Source: an uncultured delta proteobacterium (GTDB taxonomy: Bacteria; Desulfobacterota; Binatia; JACPRU01). From it: a stretch of DNA of 64,000 nucleotides. This document shows, piece by piece, positions 51,713 through 62,343 of this stretch (within the stretch, counting starts at the first letter, position 1; every line of letters begins with the position of its first letter). A model generated the notes under the pieces. That model ran no database searches and had not been told where the DNA came from. It saw only the letters and a program-made list of their open reading frames with translations. The position numbers and the translations under genes are program-made. The stretch is taken from the NCBI GenBank assembly GCA_963745025.1, contig CAVUWD010000016.1, positions 864,001 to 928,000 of the forward strand, written 5' to 3'.

Positions 51713-52987
51713 TCAGCGGTGATCTCGGGCCATCACCATGGCGCTGCCGGCGCCGGGATGCGCCCACCCGAGGTTTGCCGTCAACTCAACCTGCCTGACC
51801 TGCCGGCAGCCGCCCTCGGCGTAATCGTAGGTGTGCTGCCGGCGCCCGTCTGCGCCGATCGGGCAGGAGTCGTCCGCATCGTAACGCAACTGCCGCACGT
51901 TCTCGATCACCATGTTCATGCCGTGGGTATAGCCCTCGCACAGGTGGCCGCCGGCGGTGTTGTTGGGGCGCCGGCCGCCGAGTTCGATGGTGCCGTTGGA
52001 GACGTACTCGCCGCCTTCCCCCTTGGCGCAGAAGCCGTAGTCCTCCAACTGCAACATGGTGGTGAAGGTGAAGGCGTCGTAAGAGCCCGTGACGTCGATG
52101 TCCTGCGGCCCGACGCCGGCATTCGGCCACAGAATGTCGCGCGCGTAGTGGCCGGCGACGGTCGAGATGGGCCCGGCCTGATAGTGCAGATGGATGTCGC
52201 CTTTCGGCTTGCACACGCGCCCGGCCACGGCCTGGATCACCGCGGACGGCCGCGGGCAATCGCGCGCCCGGGCGAGCCGCGTGACGATGACACAGGTGGC
52301 GTTGTCGGTCTCCACACAGCAATCGAGCAGATGCAGCGGCTTGCAGATCATGCGCGATTTGAGCACCTCGTCCACCGTGTAACGCTTCTTGTAATAGGCC
52401 TTGGGGTTATTCGATGCGTGCCTGCTGTGCACCACCTTGACCATCGCCACCTGCTCGGGCCTCGTGCCGTATTCGTACATGTGGCGCATGAAGGTCGGCG
52501 CGAAGAGCTGGCCGGCGCTCTGCCAGCCGTAGGCACGGTGATGGATCTGGTCGCCGATGACGGGCGCCGCAGAGCGCGCGCCGGTACCACCGATGCGCAC
52601 CTGCGAGTAGCCGTTCATCGCGCGATAGATGGCGACCGTGTTGCACATGCCGGCTTCGATGACGCCGATGGCGATGCCGATCAGACACTCGGTCGAGGAA
52701 CCACCCCCGTAGATGTCGGTGTAGAAATTCAGGCGGATGCCGAGGTCCGTCGCGACGTGCGGCGCGAAGGTCGAATCGTTGAACGAGTAGCTCAGCATGC
52801 CATCGATGTCGGCCGCGGTCATGCCGGCATCCGCCATCGCGCTGCCGACCGCCCACGTCGCGAGGGACCGCGTGGTCTGATCGGAGCCCCGCCGGTAGCT
52901 GGTTTCACCGATCCCGCAGATGGCGTACTTCCCGCGCAGGTGGCGCGCGGACGACGTGTCCAGATCGGCAGTGTTGGCTGACGCCAT
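51713..52987 (-). CDS. SCP2-type thiolase-like protein
   Basis: AICGIGET, DCCVETD, YDAFT...LEDYGFC..GEG, NTAGGHLCEG. Confidence 0.9.
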   Translation of the reverse strand: MASANTADLDTSSARHLRGKYAICGIGETSYRRGSDQTTRSLATWAVGSAMADAGMTAADIDGMLSYSFNDSTFAPHVATDLGIRLNFYTDIYGGGSSTECLIGIAIGVIEAGMCNTVAIYRAMNGYSQVRIGGTGARSAAPVIGDQIHHRAYGWQSAGQLFAPTFMRHMYEYGTRPEQVAMVKVVHSRHASNNPKAYYKKRYTVDEVLKSRMICKPLHLLDCCVETDNATCVIVTRLARARDCPRPSAVIQAVAGRVCKPKGDIHLHYQAGPISTVAGHYARDILWPNAGVGPQDIDVTGSYDAFTFTTMLQLEDYGFCAKGEGGEYVSNGTIELGGRRPNNTAGGHLCEGYTHGMNMVIENVRQLRYDADDSCPIGADGRRQHTYDYAEGGCRQVRQVELTANLGWAHPGAGSAMVMARDHR

Positions 52988-53359
52988 GAGTATCCTCCCC
53001 AGTAGCCGCGCAATGGGCGCGAGGACAGTATACGTAAGTGGAGCGGACGGAACATTGCTCGAACGTTGAGGGGCCGTCATCTGCTTTCTTGAAGGTACCC
53101 AGCCGGCCGCGTTGCCGGATCCTGAAATGCAACCCCGCCTTCCCCTTCAATTCGCGGCGGGCGTACATCGAGGCGAGGCGGCATCCAAGCCTTCGCTCGG
53201 TGAGCACCGACTTGAGGGCACACTACGGGGCCGGCGGTCACTCTTCTACGCCGGTTCATTTTCGACGCCTGCCGGGCTGGCGCGGGATTGTGGTAGCGTC
53301 GGACCCGCGGATGACCGTACCCTGCTCAGTGCGAGTGGCCTGCTAGTCGAGCGCCCGCG

Positions 53360-54019
53360 ATGACCGGTGAGCAGCCAGAGATCTCCCTTGCTACGCCCCC
53401 TGCGAAGAATCGTGGCTGCCTCTTCTGGGTGGTCGTTCTGGCGGTGGTGGTCGGTGGCGGCGGCTACCTCGCCTACCGCTACGCGAAACACCGGATCGTC
53501 ACAGCCTACACCGAGACGATCCCACTCGACCTCGGCGAGCTTGCGCTCTCCCCGGCAGAGCTCGGCGCGCTCGACGGACGGCTCGCCGGCTTCGCTCACT
53601 CCGTCCGAAACAAGACTCCGGTGGAGCCGCTCGTGCTCACCAGCGAAGAGCTGACGGCGCTTGTCCTGCGCAGCCCTGGGTTCCGGCGGCTCGGCGGACG
53701 CGCACGCTTCTCGATCGGGGATCGGGAGATCCGGGGCGACCTCTCGGTCCCGCTGGAGCGGATGGGCTATCCGGACCGCTGGTTCAACGGGTCGGTCACG
53801 TTTGCGGTCACCCTGGAGAACGGGGTGCTGGTCGTTACGCTGCGATCGGCCTCGGTCAAAGGAGAGCCCGTCCCCGCATGGATCATTCAGCAGCTGCGGA
53901 ACCGGAACCTGGCGAAGGATTTCTACGACAAGCCCGAAGCCGCAGGATTCATCGCACGGTTCGAGTCGATCGAAGTGGGCCACGGGCGGATCACCGTTGT
54001 GCCGCGCCTGCGGCGGTGA
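53360..54019 (+). CDS. Membrane-anchored hypothetical protein
   Basis: KNRGC followed by a single TM helix and a soluble beta-rich domain. Confidence 0.7.
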   Translation: MTGEQPEISLATPPAKNRGCLFWVVVLAVVVGGGGYLAYRYAKHRIVTAYTETIPLDLGELALSPAELGALDGRLAGFAHSVRNKTPVEPLVLTSEELTALVLRSPGFRRLGGRARFSIGDREIRGDLSVPLERMGYPDRWFNGSVTFAVTLENGVLVVTLRSASVKGEPVPAWIIQQLRNRNLAKDFYDKPEAAGFIARFESIEVGHGRITVVPRLRR

Positions 54020-54080
54020 GCGCATCGAACCTCGACGTTCGGGCGAAGCATCCAAAGAATCTACCTTCAGGAGGACTGAC

Positions 54081-54356
54081 ATGACAATCCTACGAGCACT
54101 CCTCACAGGCTTGTTCTTGGTTACCATGCTTGTCGTGGTGGCGGCGCAGGCCGAAGAGCAAAACCAACCGGCCCCCGCTGTGCCCACGGTCGGCGATCCG
54201 CAGAAAGCGGAAGGTTGCATGCCGGGCGGGGGATGTTGCGGCAATTGCGGTGCGGCCACGGACACTGAGCATAAGCCCGAGGCCGCGAAGGACTCTGCAG
54301 CCGGCGAGTGCCCGTGCAAGAAGAAGATGAAGCAGATGCAGAAGCAAGCGTCCTGA
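54081..54356 (+). CDS. Small secreted Cys-rich protein
   Basis: AGGAGG RBS, signal peptide ending AQA, CMPGGGCCGNC and CPC motifs. Confidence 0.7.
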   Translation: MTILRALLTGLFLVTMLVVVAAQAEEQNQPAPAVPTVGDPQKAEGCMPGGGCCGNCGAATDTEHKPEAAKDSAAGECPCKKKMKQMQKQAS

Positions 54357-54528
54357 GCGGCCGAATCTCGTTCCTCGAATCTCGTTCGCACCGGAGCCGC
54401 GGCACTGTGCTTGGTTCTGGCGACCCGAAGCGCGAGCGAGAATAAGGCACGCCCCCTCATCCCCCGCCAGCAGCGTCACGCGCCGGCGGGCAATTGCCCC
54501 AGGGGGCTCGATTTGAAACACGAAAGGC

Positions 54529-56364
54529 ATGTCCGACCTGCGCACCGCGCGCTGGCTGTTCGCCCTGCTGCTCGGCCTGTACCTACTCGGCGCGCGCGGC
54601 CACTTCCTCTCCACCGACGAGGTCATCCTCTATCAGGTGACGCAGTCGCTCTGGGAGAAAGGCAGCCTGGCGGTCAGCATCGCCGATCAGGAAGAAGCGC
54701 CCCTCGGCAGGGACGGCCGGCACTACGCCCAGTACGGGCCTGGCCAGTCGGTCGCGGCGCTGCCGCTCTACGGGCTCGGCCGCGCCGTCGAGACCCTGCT
54801 GCGCCCCGGGTCGGCTCCCTACCGGGCGTTCCAGCAAGGGCGGGTGTCGCGGCCGGGGGTTCTATGGAGCGGCGAGGTCGAGCTGTTCTTCGTGAGCCTG
54901 CTGAACAGTCTGCTCACGGCGGCAGCGGTGGCGGTGTTTTTTCTCGTCTTGCGCCAGGACGGCATCGAGCCACCGTGGGCGCTCGCCTGGAGCCTCGTTC
55001 TCGGCGCCGCCGCCTACCTGGGATCGCTGAGCAGCTCGTTCTTCCAGCATCCAAGCGAAGCGCTCTTCGCCCTGGCCGCGTTCTACCTCTTTCGCGCCGA
55101 CGAGGCGCGGCCGTCCTGGCGCCGGCGCGCGGCAGCTGGGGTGTCGATCGCGCTGATGCTGCAGTTTCGGCCGCCGGCCGTCTTCGCACTCCCCGGGCTG
55201 GTTCTTCTGCACGGTACGATCGTCCTTCGGCGCGACTCGCGCCGGCTCTCGCGTGTGCTCGGTGAGCTCGCGCCCGTCACCGTCGCGCTGTTCGCCTCCT
55301 TCGCCCTGCTCTACCTCGGCCAGCACGCCAAGTTCGGCGACCGCCCAGCAGGCTACGCGGCGGTCGGCTTCTCGGCCCCGATCCTCCTCGCTGTGAGGGG
55401 TTATCTCGTTAGCCCAGGGCTGAGCCTTTTCTTCTACGCGCCCGTGCTACTGCTTGCCCTCGCGGGCTTGCCCTCCTTCGTTCGAGCCCGCCCTTTGCTT
55501 GCGGCGTTCCTCGCCGTCCACGGCGCAAGCTACCTCGTCGGCTACGGCACCTTCAACGTCTGGCACGGAATGGTCTGCTTCGGGCCCCGCTATCTCTCGC
55601 CGCTCATTCCTTTCCTGCTCCTGCCCGCGGCCCACTGGTCACAGGCCCGTGGCGCGCACGCGTGGCGCTGGCTCGCGCCGCTCGTCGCGCTCGGCGCTTG
55701 GGTGCAGCTGCTCAACGTCGCCGTGAGCTTCTGGGCCGTCGCCCAGCGCGAGGGCTACCTCGACGTGAAGCCGTACGGCGCGTTCCTCTTCTCCTGGACC
55801 AACCCACCTCTGTTGGCGCACGCTCGCGCCCTGCTCGCCTGGGACGATCGCGTCGACTTCTGGCTCGCAAACCTCGCCAGGGTGTGGGGGCCAGCCACGG
55901 CGCTCGTCGTCGCGCTTGCGCCGGCGGCGCTGATGGCGCTGGCGATCGCCAAGCTCGCGGGCAAGCCTGCACCGCGCCCGCGCACCCGGCGCCGTTGGCG
56001 GCTCCCAGCGGGCCTGGCTCTGGTCGCGCTTCTCGTCACCTGGCGCGAGCTCGACCTCCGCCCGGCGCACGAGCTCGCTCCCCCGAACGACCCCCCCGAA
56101 GCGATCGACGCGGGGCTGATGCGCCGGGGCATGGACGCTCTATCGGAGGGCCGCCCACAGGCCGCCGAGCCACTGTTTCGGCGCGTGCTGCGCCGCACCG
56201 TCGGCCACTACGGCGCTCACTTTCAGCTCGCGCGCACCCTCGACGCGCAGCGCCGCCGCGCCGAAGCGCTCGAGCTGTGGCGCGACGTGGCGGTGATGGC
56301 GGAACGCAACCGGGACGACGACACCCTGCAGACGGCCCGCCGCCGCCTCGCCGAAGGACGTTGA
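54529..56364 (+). CDS. GT-C-like polytopic membrane protein with C-terminal TPR
   Basis: TDE after TM1, Y..YG.G.S, GLFFYAP-like segment, W.G...FGPRYL.P, terminal helical repeats. Confidence 0.7.
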   Translation: MSDLRTARWLFALLLGLYLLGARGHFLSTDEVILYQVTQSLWEKGSLAVSIADQEEAPLGRDGRHYAQYGPGQSVAALPLYGLGRAVETLLRPGSAPYRAFQQGRVSRPGVLWSGEVELFFVSLLNSLLTAAAVAVFFLVLRQDGIEPPWALAWSLVLGAAAYLGSLSSSFFQHPSEALFALAAFYLFRADEARPSWRRRAAAGVSIALMLQFRPPAVFALPGLVLLHGTIVLRRDSRRLSRVLGELAPVTVALFASFALLYLGQHAKFGDRPAGYAAVGFSAPILLAVRGYLVSPGLSLFFYAPVLLLALAGLPSFVRARPLLAAFLAVHGASYLVGYGTFNVWHGMVCFGPRYLSPLIPFLLLPAAHWSQARGAHAWRWLAPLVALGAWVQLLNVAVSFWAVAQREGYLDVKPYGAFLFSWTNPPLLAHARALLAWDDRVDFWLANLARVWGPATALVVALAPAALMALAIAKLAGKPAPRPRTRRRWRLPAGLALVALLVTWRELDLRPAHELAPPNDPPEAIDAGLMRRGMDALSEGRPQAAEPLFRRVLRRTVGHYGAHFQLARTLDAQRRRAEALELWRDVAVMAERNRDDDTLQTARRRLAEGR

Positions 56365-56592
56365 GAGCGCGTTCTCTGAACTGAAATCTCTTTGCTCTTT
56401 CTTGGCGGCCTGTTTTCTTTCGATCAGAGCGCGCCGTCTTCGAGTCGCGTCTCCGGCCCCCGGCTGACGTCAATGTCCCGAACCTGCTCCTTGCGGAAGC
56501 AAAGTGGCTCTTTGCAGGGGCCGTCGCGCGAAACTATGTTGGATGCGTATCGTCCTATGAAAACGGAAGCAGCGTTGCGTCGAGGAGAGATC

Positions 56593-58632
56593 ATGATGAG
56601 TGAGATTGAGGAAATCGTCCGCACCACTTGCCCGCGCGATTGCTACGACACCTGCGGAGTTGCCGTTCACAAGCGCAACGGCGCCGTCGAGTCGGTGCGC
56701 GGCGACCCCCGCCATTTCGTAAGCCGGGGCCAGCTCTGCACCAAATGCTCGATTGGCTACAACAACGAATGGCTGGACCCGCGCTCGCGCCTGACCCAGC
56801 CGCTTCGCCGCGTGGGGCGCAAGGGCGAGGGCCGCTTTGAGCCGGTGTCATGGAACGTCGCGCTGGCTGCGATCGCCGACCGGCTCAAGCAGATCGTCGC
56901 GAGCGCCGGCCCGCAGACCATCCTCAATACGCATTACAGCGGCACGATCTCGCTGATCGCGTATCTCTTCCCGATGCGTTTCTTCAATCGGCTCGGCGCG
57001 ACCGAGGTCAGCCCCGACACGATTTGCAACATGGCCGGCCACGTGGCGCTGCATTACGTGTACGGAACTTCGGTGAGCGGCTTCGATCCGCGTACCGGCG
57101 ACGACGCCGCCTGCATCATCGTATGGGGCGCTAACCCGACCGCCTCGGGCCCGCACGTGCAGGAGCACTGGCTCGCGAAGTTGCCCGGCAAGGTCGTGGT
57201 TGTCGACCCGGTGCGGACCGCGACGGCTGCGGCGGCGGACCTCCATCTTCAGCCGTTCCCGGGGAGCGATGCGGCACTGGCGTTTTCGATGCTCCACGTC
57301 ATCCGGCGCGACGGGCTGGTCGATCGCGACTTCGTCGCACGACACACCGTGGGATGGGACGAGCTCGAACCGATGCTCGCGCCGTGTACGCCCGCCTGGG
57401 GCGAGGCCGCGACCGGCGTGCCCGCCCATCTGATCGAGGAGACTGCGCGCGTGTACGGCCGGGGGCCGTCGCTGTTGTGGCTGGGCCAGGCGCTCCAGCG
57501 TCAGCCGACCGGCGGCAACGTGATGCGCGCGTGCTCGCTTCTTCCGGCGGTGACCGGAAATCTCGGCAAGCCCGGCGCCGGTTTCGTGTACCTGAACTTC
57601 GACATGACGCAACGCGGCATCGACGGCGAGTATCTGACCGCGCCGCATCTGAGCAAGAGCGCTCCGCCGTCAGTCAGCCAGATGGATCTCGCGGCCTGTC
57701 TCGAGGACCCCGCGCGTGCGCAGGCCCTGATGTGCTGGAACATCAATATCGCGGCGTCCAACCCGCAGCAGGAGCGCCTGCGCAGGGCGCTGACGCGCGA
57801 AGACCTGATGACCGTCGTGCTCGATCTGTTTTCGACCGACACCACCGACTTTGCCGATTTCGTGCTGCCGGCGGCGAGCTTCCTGGAATTCGACGATCTC
57901 GTGGCGAGCTACTTTCACCTGACCCTTTCGGCGCAGGTCAAGGCGGCGGAGCCGATGGGCGAGGCGCTGCCCAATTCGGAAATATTTCGCCGTCTGGCCC
58001 GCGCGATGGACTTCGCCGAGCCCGAGTTGCACGAGAGCGATTCCGAAATCATCGCCACACTGTTGAAGCGCGCAAACCTCGACGGAGACTTCCGCGCGTT
58101 TTCCGCACGAGCGCCCGTGCACGTTCCCGCCGAACCGGCGATCCAGTTTCGCGATCTGATCTTTCCCACGCCCAGCGGACGTGTCGAAATCGCCTCCGAG
58201 AGCGCCGCGGCTGACGGCCATCCGCGACTGCCACAGCCGCTGGCCGATCCCAGGCCGGCGTCGGGGCGGCTGCGATTGTTGTCGCCATCCTCGTCGTGGA
58301 GCCTGAACGACAGCTTCTCGAACGTGGCCAAGATCGCGGCCCACGTGGGCCCGGCCACGATCGCGATGCATCCGGCCGACGCTGCCGGGCGGGGGCTCGC
58401 CGAAGGCGACCAGGCGTTGGTGGCCAACGAAACTGGCCGCCTGGTGATGCGCGTCACCTTGACCGAGACCGTGCCTCGCGGCGTCGCGCTGTCGCACAAG
58501 GGCCGCTGGCCAAAGCAGGAAACCGGACAGAGAAACGTGAACGTACTCAACGCCGGGCGCAAGGCGGATATGGGGGAAAGCACCGCCGTGCACGGCGTGG
58601 AGGTTACTGTAGGCCCGTTGGCTTCGGCCTGA
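56593..58632 (+). CDS. Molybdopterin (DMSO reductase family) oxidoreductase, cytoplasmic
   Basis: CPRDCYDTC...LC.K Fe-S motif, WGANP, ADFVLPA, HP.DA..RG. Confidence 0.92.
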   Translation: MMSEIEEIVRTTCPRDCYDTCGVAVHKRNGAVESVRGDPRHFVSRGQLCTKCSIGYNNEWLDPRSRLTQPLRRVGRKGEGRFEPVSWNVALAAIADRLKQIVASAGPQTILNTHYSGTISLIAYLFPMRFFNRLGATEVSPDTICNMAGHVALHYVYGTSVSGFDPRTGDDAACIIVWGANPTASGPHVQEHWLAKLPGKVVVVDPVRTATAAAADLHLQPFPGSDAALAFSMLHVIRRDGLVDRDFVARHTVGWDELEPMLAPCTPAWGEAATGVPAHLIEETARVYGRGPSLLWLGQALQRQPTGGNVMRACSLLPAVTGNLGKPGAGFVYLNFDMTQRGIDGEYLTAPHLSKSAPPSVSQMDLAACLEDPARAQALMCWNINIAASNPQQERLRRALTREDLMTVVLDLFSTDTTDFADFVLPAASFLEFDDLVASYFHLTLSAQVKAAEPMGEALPNSEIFRRLARAMDFAEPELHESDSEIIATLLKRANLDGDFRAFSARAPVHVPAEPAIQFRDLIFPTPSGRVEIASESAAADGHPRLPQPLADPRPASGRLRLLSPSSSWSLNDSFSNVAKIAAHVGPATIAMHPADAAGRGLAEGDQALVANETGRLVMRVTLTETVPRGVALSHKGRWPKQETGQRNVNVLNAGRKADMGESTAVHGVEVTVGPLASA

Positions 58633-58740
58633 GCGCCGTTTCCTTTGACCCGTTTCGCCTGGAGGGCTGCCACCGGCGGCCGCGGCGACCGCCAATGAAC
58701 GCCACTGTCGCCGTCGCGAGGGGAGTACCCCGCTCGAGAC

Positions 58741-59445
58741 TCATCCGATCCAGCGGGCGATAGCAAAGGCCGCGGCTGCCGCGAGACCGCCGACGACGGT
58801 CGTCTGTAGAGCACCGCGAAGGGCCGGCACGCCCGTAAAGCGGCTCTTGATCGCGCCGAACGCGGAGAGCGAGAGCAGCGTGACGGCCACCGAGATTGGC
58901 AGCGCGCGGCGAGTGTCCGGCATCATGAGGTAGGCGCTGAGCGGGATGAAACCGCCGACCACGTAAGCGGCCGCAATCGTCAATGCGCTCCTCAGCGCGC
59001 GGCCCGCCTCGGGAGGCTCGAGACCGAGCTCGAAGCGCATCATGAACTTCACCCAATCCTGTGGGCGTTCGCGGAGGGATTCGACGACGCTGACACTCTC
59101 CGCGGAAGTGAGGCCGTAGGTACGAAAGAGGTCGCGGACTTCCCGCGCCTCGGTATCGGGTACGGAGGCGATCTCGGCCTGCTCGCGCGTCAGCTCGTGG
59201 GCATAGTGCTCCGCGTCACTTCGGGCGGCGAGGTAGCCTCCCAGACCCATCGCGATGGCGCCTGCTGCAATCTCGGCCAGACCCGCGGTGACGATGATGT
59301 GGGTCTCCGCAATCGCCCCGGTCAAACCGGCCGCGAGGGCAAAGGGCACGGTCAAGCCATCGGACATGCCGATCACGACGTCGCGAACCGCTTCGCCGGC
59401 GGTGAAGTGCCTTTCAACGTGTCGGGTCGAGGGCAGGTCAGCCAC
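58741..59445 (-). CDS. VIT1/CCC1 iron/manganese transporter
   Basis: RDVVIGMSDGL, AGAIAMGLGGYL, FMMRFELG. Confidence 0.95.
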   Translation of the reverse strand: MADLPSTRHVERHFTAGEAVRDVVIGMSDGLTVPFALAAGLTGAIAETHIIVTAGLAEIAAGAIAMGLGGYLAARSDAEHYAHELTREQAEIASVPDTEAREVRDLFRTYGLTSAESVSVVESLRERPQDWVKFMMRFELGLEPPEAGRALRSALTIAAAYVVGGFIPLSAYLMMPDTRRALPISVAVTLLSLSAFGAIKSRFTGVPALRGALQTTVVGGLAAAAAFAIARWIG

Positions 59446-59544
59446 AGCCTTTACGGGGCGTCGTCGTATGCGAATCGATCCGCGAAGCGGCCCCACGCGA
59501 CGAGCGCGCCGCGCCCGCGCTCGACGGTGCGTGCGCGATGCGGC

Positions 59545-60513
59545 TCAGCCGAGCTTCGGCAGCACCCTGTCAGTGAGCGATAGAAACGTCTGGTGGCTGA
59601 GCGGCGCGCCGATCAAAGAATCGAGATGGATCTCCTCTCGGAGCCTCAGGATCGTTTCGAGCACGGCTTCGGCCGTCCCGTGGATCACGACCGAGTCGAG
59701 GTAGCGTTGCAGCATCTCCTTTGGGTCACCGCGGCCCCCTGGATTCACGTAGGTCTTCAGCAGCCACCTGACGCCGTCGGCGGCGACGTTCTTCGCTTCG
59801 GCGTCGGTCGGCGCGATCGCGATCAACCGAGCCACCGGGATCTCGCGCCCTTCGATCGAATGTCCGTGGCCTTCGAGCTCGCGTTGGTATAGCGCGCGCT
59901 GGCCGCCGATCTCCGCGTGGGTGGGATGCGGGCTCATGAGAATCGAGTGTCCCGCCGCTGCCGCCCATCGGATCGCTTCGTCGGTGGATGCCGCCATCCA
60001 CGCCGGGGGGTGCGGCTGCTGCAGCGGCTTTGGCAGGACTTCGAGATCCTCGAACGAGTGGAAGCGGCCGCGAAAGCTCAATCGCGGATTGCTCCACGCC
60101 CGCATCACGATCTCGACCGCTTCACGGAATCGAGCATGAGTTTCGTTCGCCGGGACGCCGAACGCCTGGAACTCCCGAGGATCGAAGCCCCGCCCCGCTC
60201 CCCAATTGACCCTTCCACCGGAGAGGATGTCGAGCAGGGCGATTTCCTCCGCCAGCCGCACCGGGTGATACAACGCCGCGAGCGTCACCGCCGCGCCGAT
60301 ACGCAGCCGCTTCGTGCGCGCGGCGGCATATGCCCCCATCACCGGAATCGACGGGCAGACGCTGTAGTCGCTGAAGTGGTGCTCGGTGAGCCACACCGCA
60401 TGGTAGCCGCTCCGCTCCATGATCTCGATTCGTTGCAGCGCACGCTCGAACACCGTGGGCAGCGGACCGCGCCGTTCCGGCCAGCTGAAGAATTGAAGAA
60501 TTCCGAGCTTCAC
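59545..60513 (-). CDS. LLM-class flavin-dependent oxidoreductase
   Basis: WLTEHHF, HPVRLAEE.A.LD.LS.GR, PKPLQQPHPP. Confidence 0.95.
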   Translation of the reverse strand: MKLGILQFFSWPERRGPLPTVFERALQRIEIMERSGYHAVWLTEHHFSDYSVCPSIPVMGAYAAARTKRLRIGAAVTLAALYHPVRLAEEIALLDILSGGRVNWGAGRGFDPREFQAFGVPANETHARFREAVEIVMRAWSNPRLSFRGRFHSFEDLEVLPKPLQQPHPPAWMAASTDEAIRWAAAAGHSILMSPHPTHAEIGGQRALYQRELEGHGHSIEGREIPVARLIAIAPTDAEAKNVAADGVRWLLKTYVNPGGRGDPKEMLQRYLDSVVIHGTAEAVLETILRLREEIHLDSLIGAPLSHQTFLSLTDRVLPKLG

Positions 60514-60677
60514 GTGGATCGCCCTGCCCGACGCTCTTCTCTAGCATGAGGTAACTGTTCGGCCCACGCGCTCCGGTTGGATCTTGCGATCGATGTCGCC
60601 CCGCGATTTTGGCTCCTCTGCCCGTGGGGCCCGAAAGGGCTTTTCAGAAGCAGCCTGCTAGAGCGGGGCGAGCCACT

Positions 60678-61490
60678 TCACGAGTGCGCGCCGGTTCCGA
60701 GCGCCACCATCTCGCGGTAGATCGTCGTCGGCCCGCGGCGGCCGTCGAGCTCGACTTCGCCCGGCACTGGGGCGTGGCGCAGCTTGACCACGAGCCGAAT
60801 GTCCTCGTCGCCGGCCGCCCTCGCGACGCGCGTGGAGCGGGTTTCACCACCCCGCTCCACGCGCGTCGCGATCGTCCGCTTCTTCGCGATTTTCTCCAGG
60901 GCCGCGTGCGAGAGGTCGTATGTTCTGCCGCCTGCGCGAACCGCGATCCGATTCCGTGCCTCCTCCGCCATCCGGGGAGACAAGCGGTCGATGACGAGGA
61001 AATTCCCCTCCGACTTCAATCGGCGCGCGAGGCGCTCGATCAGGTGTGCGTCTTCGGCGCGCGCGACTTGCCGCGCTCTCAGAAATCCCAAGGAGAGCAG
61101 CGGAAGGAGAATCACCAGGAACACCGGAAGCGCGATTCGGTACGGCGGCGCGTCGAAGCGAACGGCGCGGTTCACGTCGACCCGCATCAGGTCTAGGGTC
61201 ACCGGAACAGCAACCGACGCGACGACGAGAACGAGGGCGTTCAGCGGGCTCGTCGATTGCTCGACCCCGAGCAAGACGACGACCGAGCTGGCGACCAGCA
61301 GCGACGAGAAGCAGACCGTCGGCGATCGCGGCGAACCGGCGTAGAGGATGGCCGTCAGCAACGAGGGGAGCGCGAGGACGCGCAGAACGCCGTCCATCTG
61401 CGCCTGGGTATAGGCGGCGCTCAGTGCCAGCACGACGAGGGCGGCGCTGACGTTCGCCAGCGCGAGCGCCGCAAACGCCTTGATCCCCAC
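60678..61490 (-). CDS. Hypothetical membrane protein (start uncertain)
   Basis: About 5 TM helices followed by a soluble C-terminal domain. Confidence 0.55.
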   Translation of the reverse strand: MGIKAFAALALANVSAALVVLALSAAYTQAQMDGVLRVLALPSLLTAILYAGSPRSPTVCFSSLLVASSVVVLLGVEQSTSPLNALVLVVASVAVPVTLDLMRVDVNRAVRFDAPPYRIALPVFLVILLPLLSLGFLRARQVARAEDAHLIERLARRLKSEGNFLVIDRLSPRMAEEARNRIAVRAGGRTYDLSHAALEKIAKKRTIATRVERGGETRSTRVARAAGDEDIRLVVKLRHAPVPGEVELDGRRGPTTIYREMVALGTGAHS

Positions 61491-62012
61491 GGCGGCTCCC
61501 AAGTCCCAGCGGAGGAGATGCCACAGACCGCTCTCGCGGTATCGCAGACTGACGTCAATCGCCTGCTCGTCGAGCACCTTGGCCCGACACCGCGCCGGAT
61601 CGTCACAGGCGGTGGCGAGAAACGAGCGCGGTTCATCGGTCCACAGCGGCCATACGCGGCAACGCTCGCAAGACACTCGCAGGAGCATGAGCGGTTCTCT
61701 CGGTACGCGGCGAGTCGGCGCTTGGCTTCGACGAAGCCCGTTCGCGTGCAATCCTTAGACGAACGAGATCAGCGCCCTATTCACCACGTTGCTCCCCCGC
61801 CCGCTCGCGCGCGCGCGGACGGCGTGGAATCTCGGACCTGCCGAGTCACAAAACAGAAGCGCCCCGATCTACCTCTCCACGGGCTCGAGGACGCCTTCGA
61901 GGTGAATCTCGCAGCTGCTCTCGCCGGGAGCGAGGCCGCCACGTCACGAGCGCTTGCGAGTCGCCCGTCCCGGCTGATATCGCATGCCCGGTAACGTGGC
62001 GGAGGATCCCCG

Positions 62013-62333
62013 ATGGCGGAATATCTACTCATCGAATCACGCGACCCGTTCGAATCGAACGAGGTCGGCTACTACTACGATCTGGCCCGGGGCCTCGTCG
62101 ACGAGGGGCATCATGTGACGATGTTTCTCGTCCAGAACGCGGTCCTCGCCGCGCGTCCGTCGAAGGTCTCGGCGGCGCTCTCGGCGCTCGCACGGGCGGG
62201 TGTGAAGGTCCTGGCCGACGACTTCGCGCTCAAGGAGCGCGGCGTCACGAAGCTCGCCGAGGGCGTGACCGTCGCGCCCATCGACGTGGTGTTGGACCAC
62301 CTCGCCGCCAGCCACAAGACGATGTGGCACTAG
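62013..62333 (+). CDS. DsrE-superfamily protein (DsrH/TusB-like, no Cys)
   Basis: FLVQNAV...DDFALKERG...W; GGAGG RBS. Confidence 0.8.
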   Translation: MAEYLLIESRDPFESNEVGYYYDLARGLVDEGHHVTMFLVQNAVLAARPSKVSAALSALARAGVKVLADDFALKERGVTKLAEGVTVAPIDVVLDHLAASHKTMWH

Positions 62334-62343
62334 AGGACGAAGG

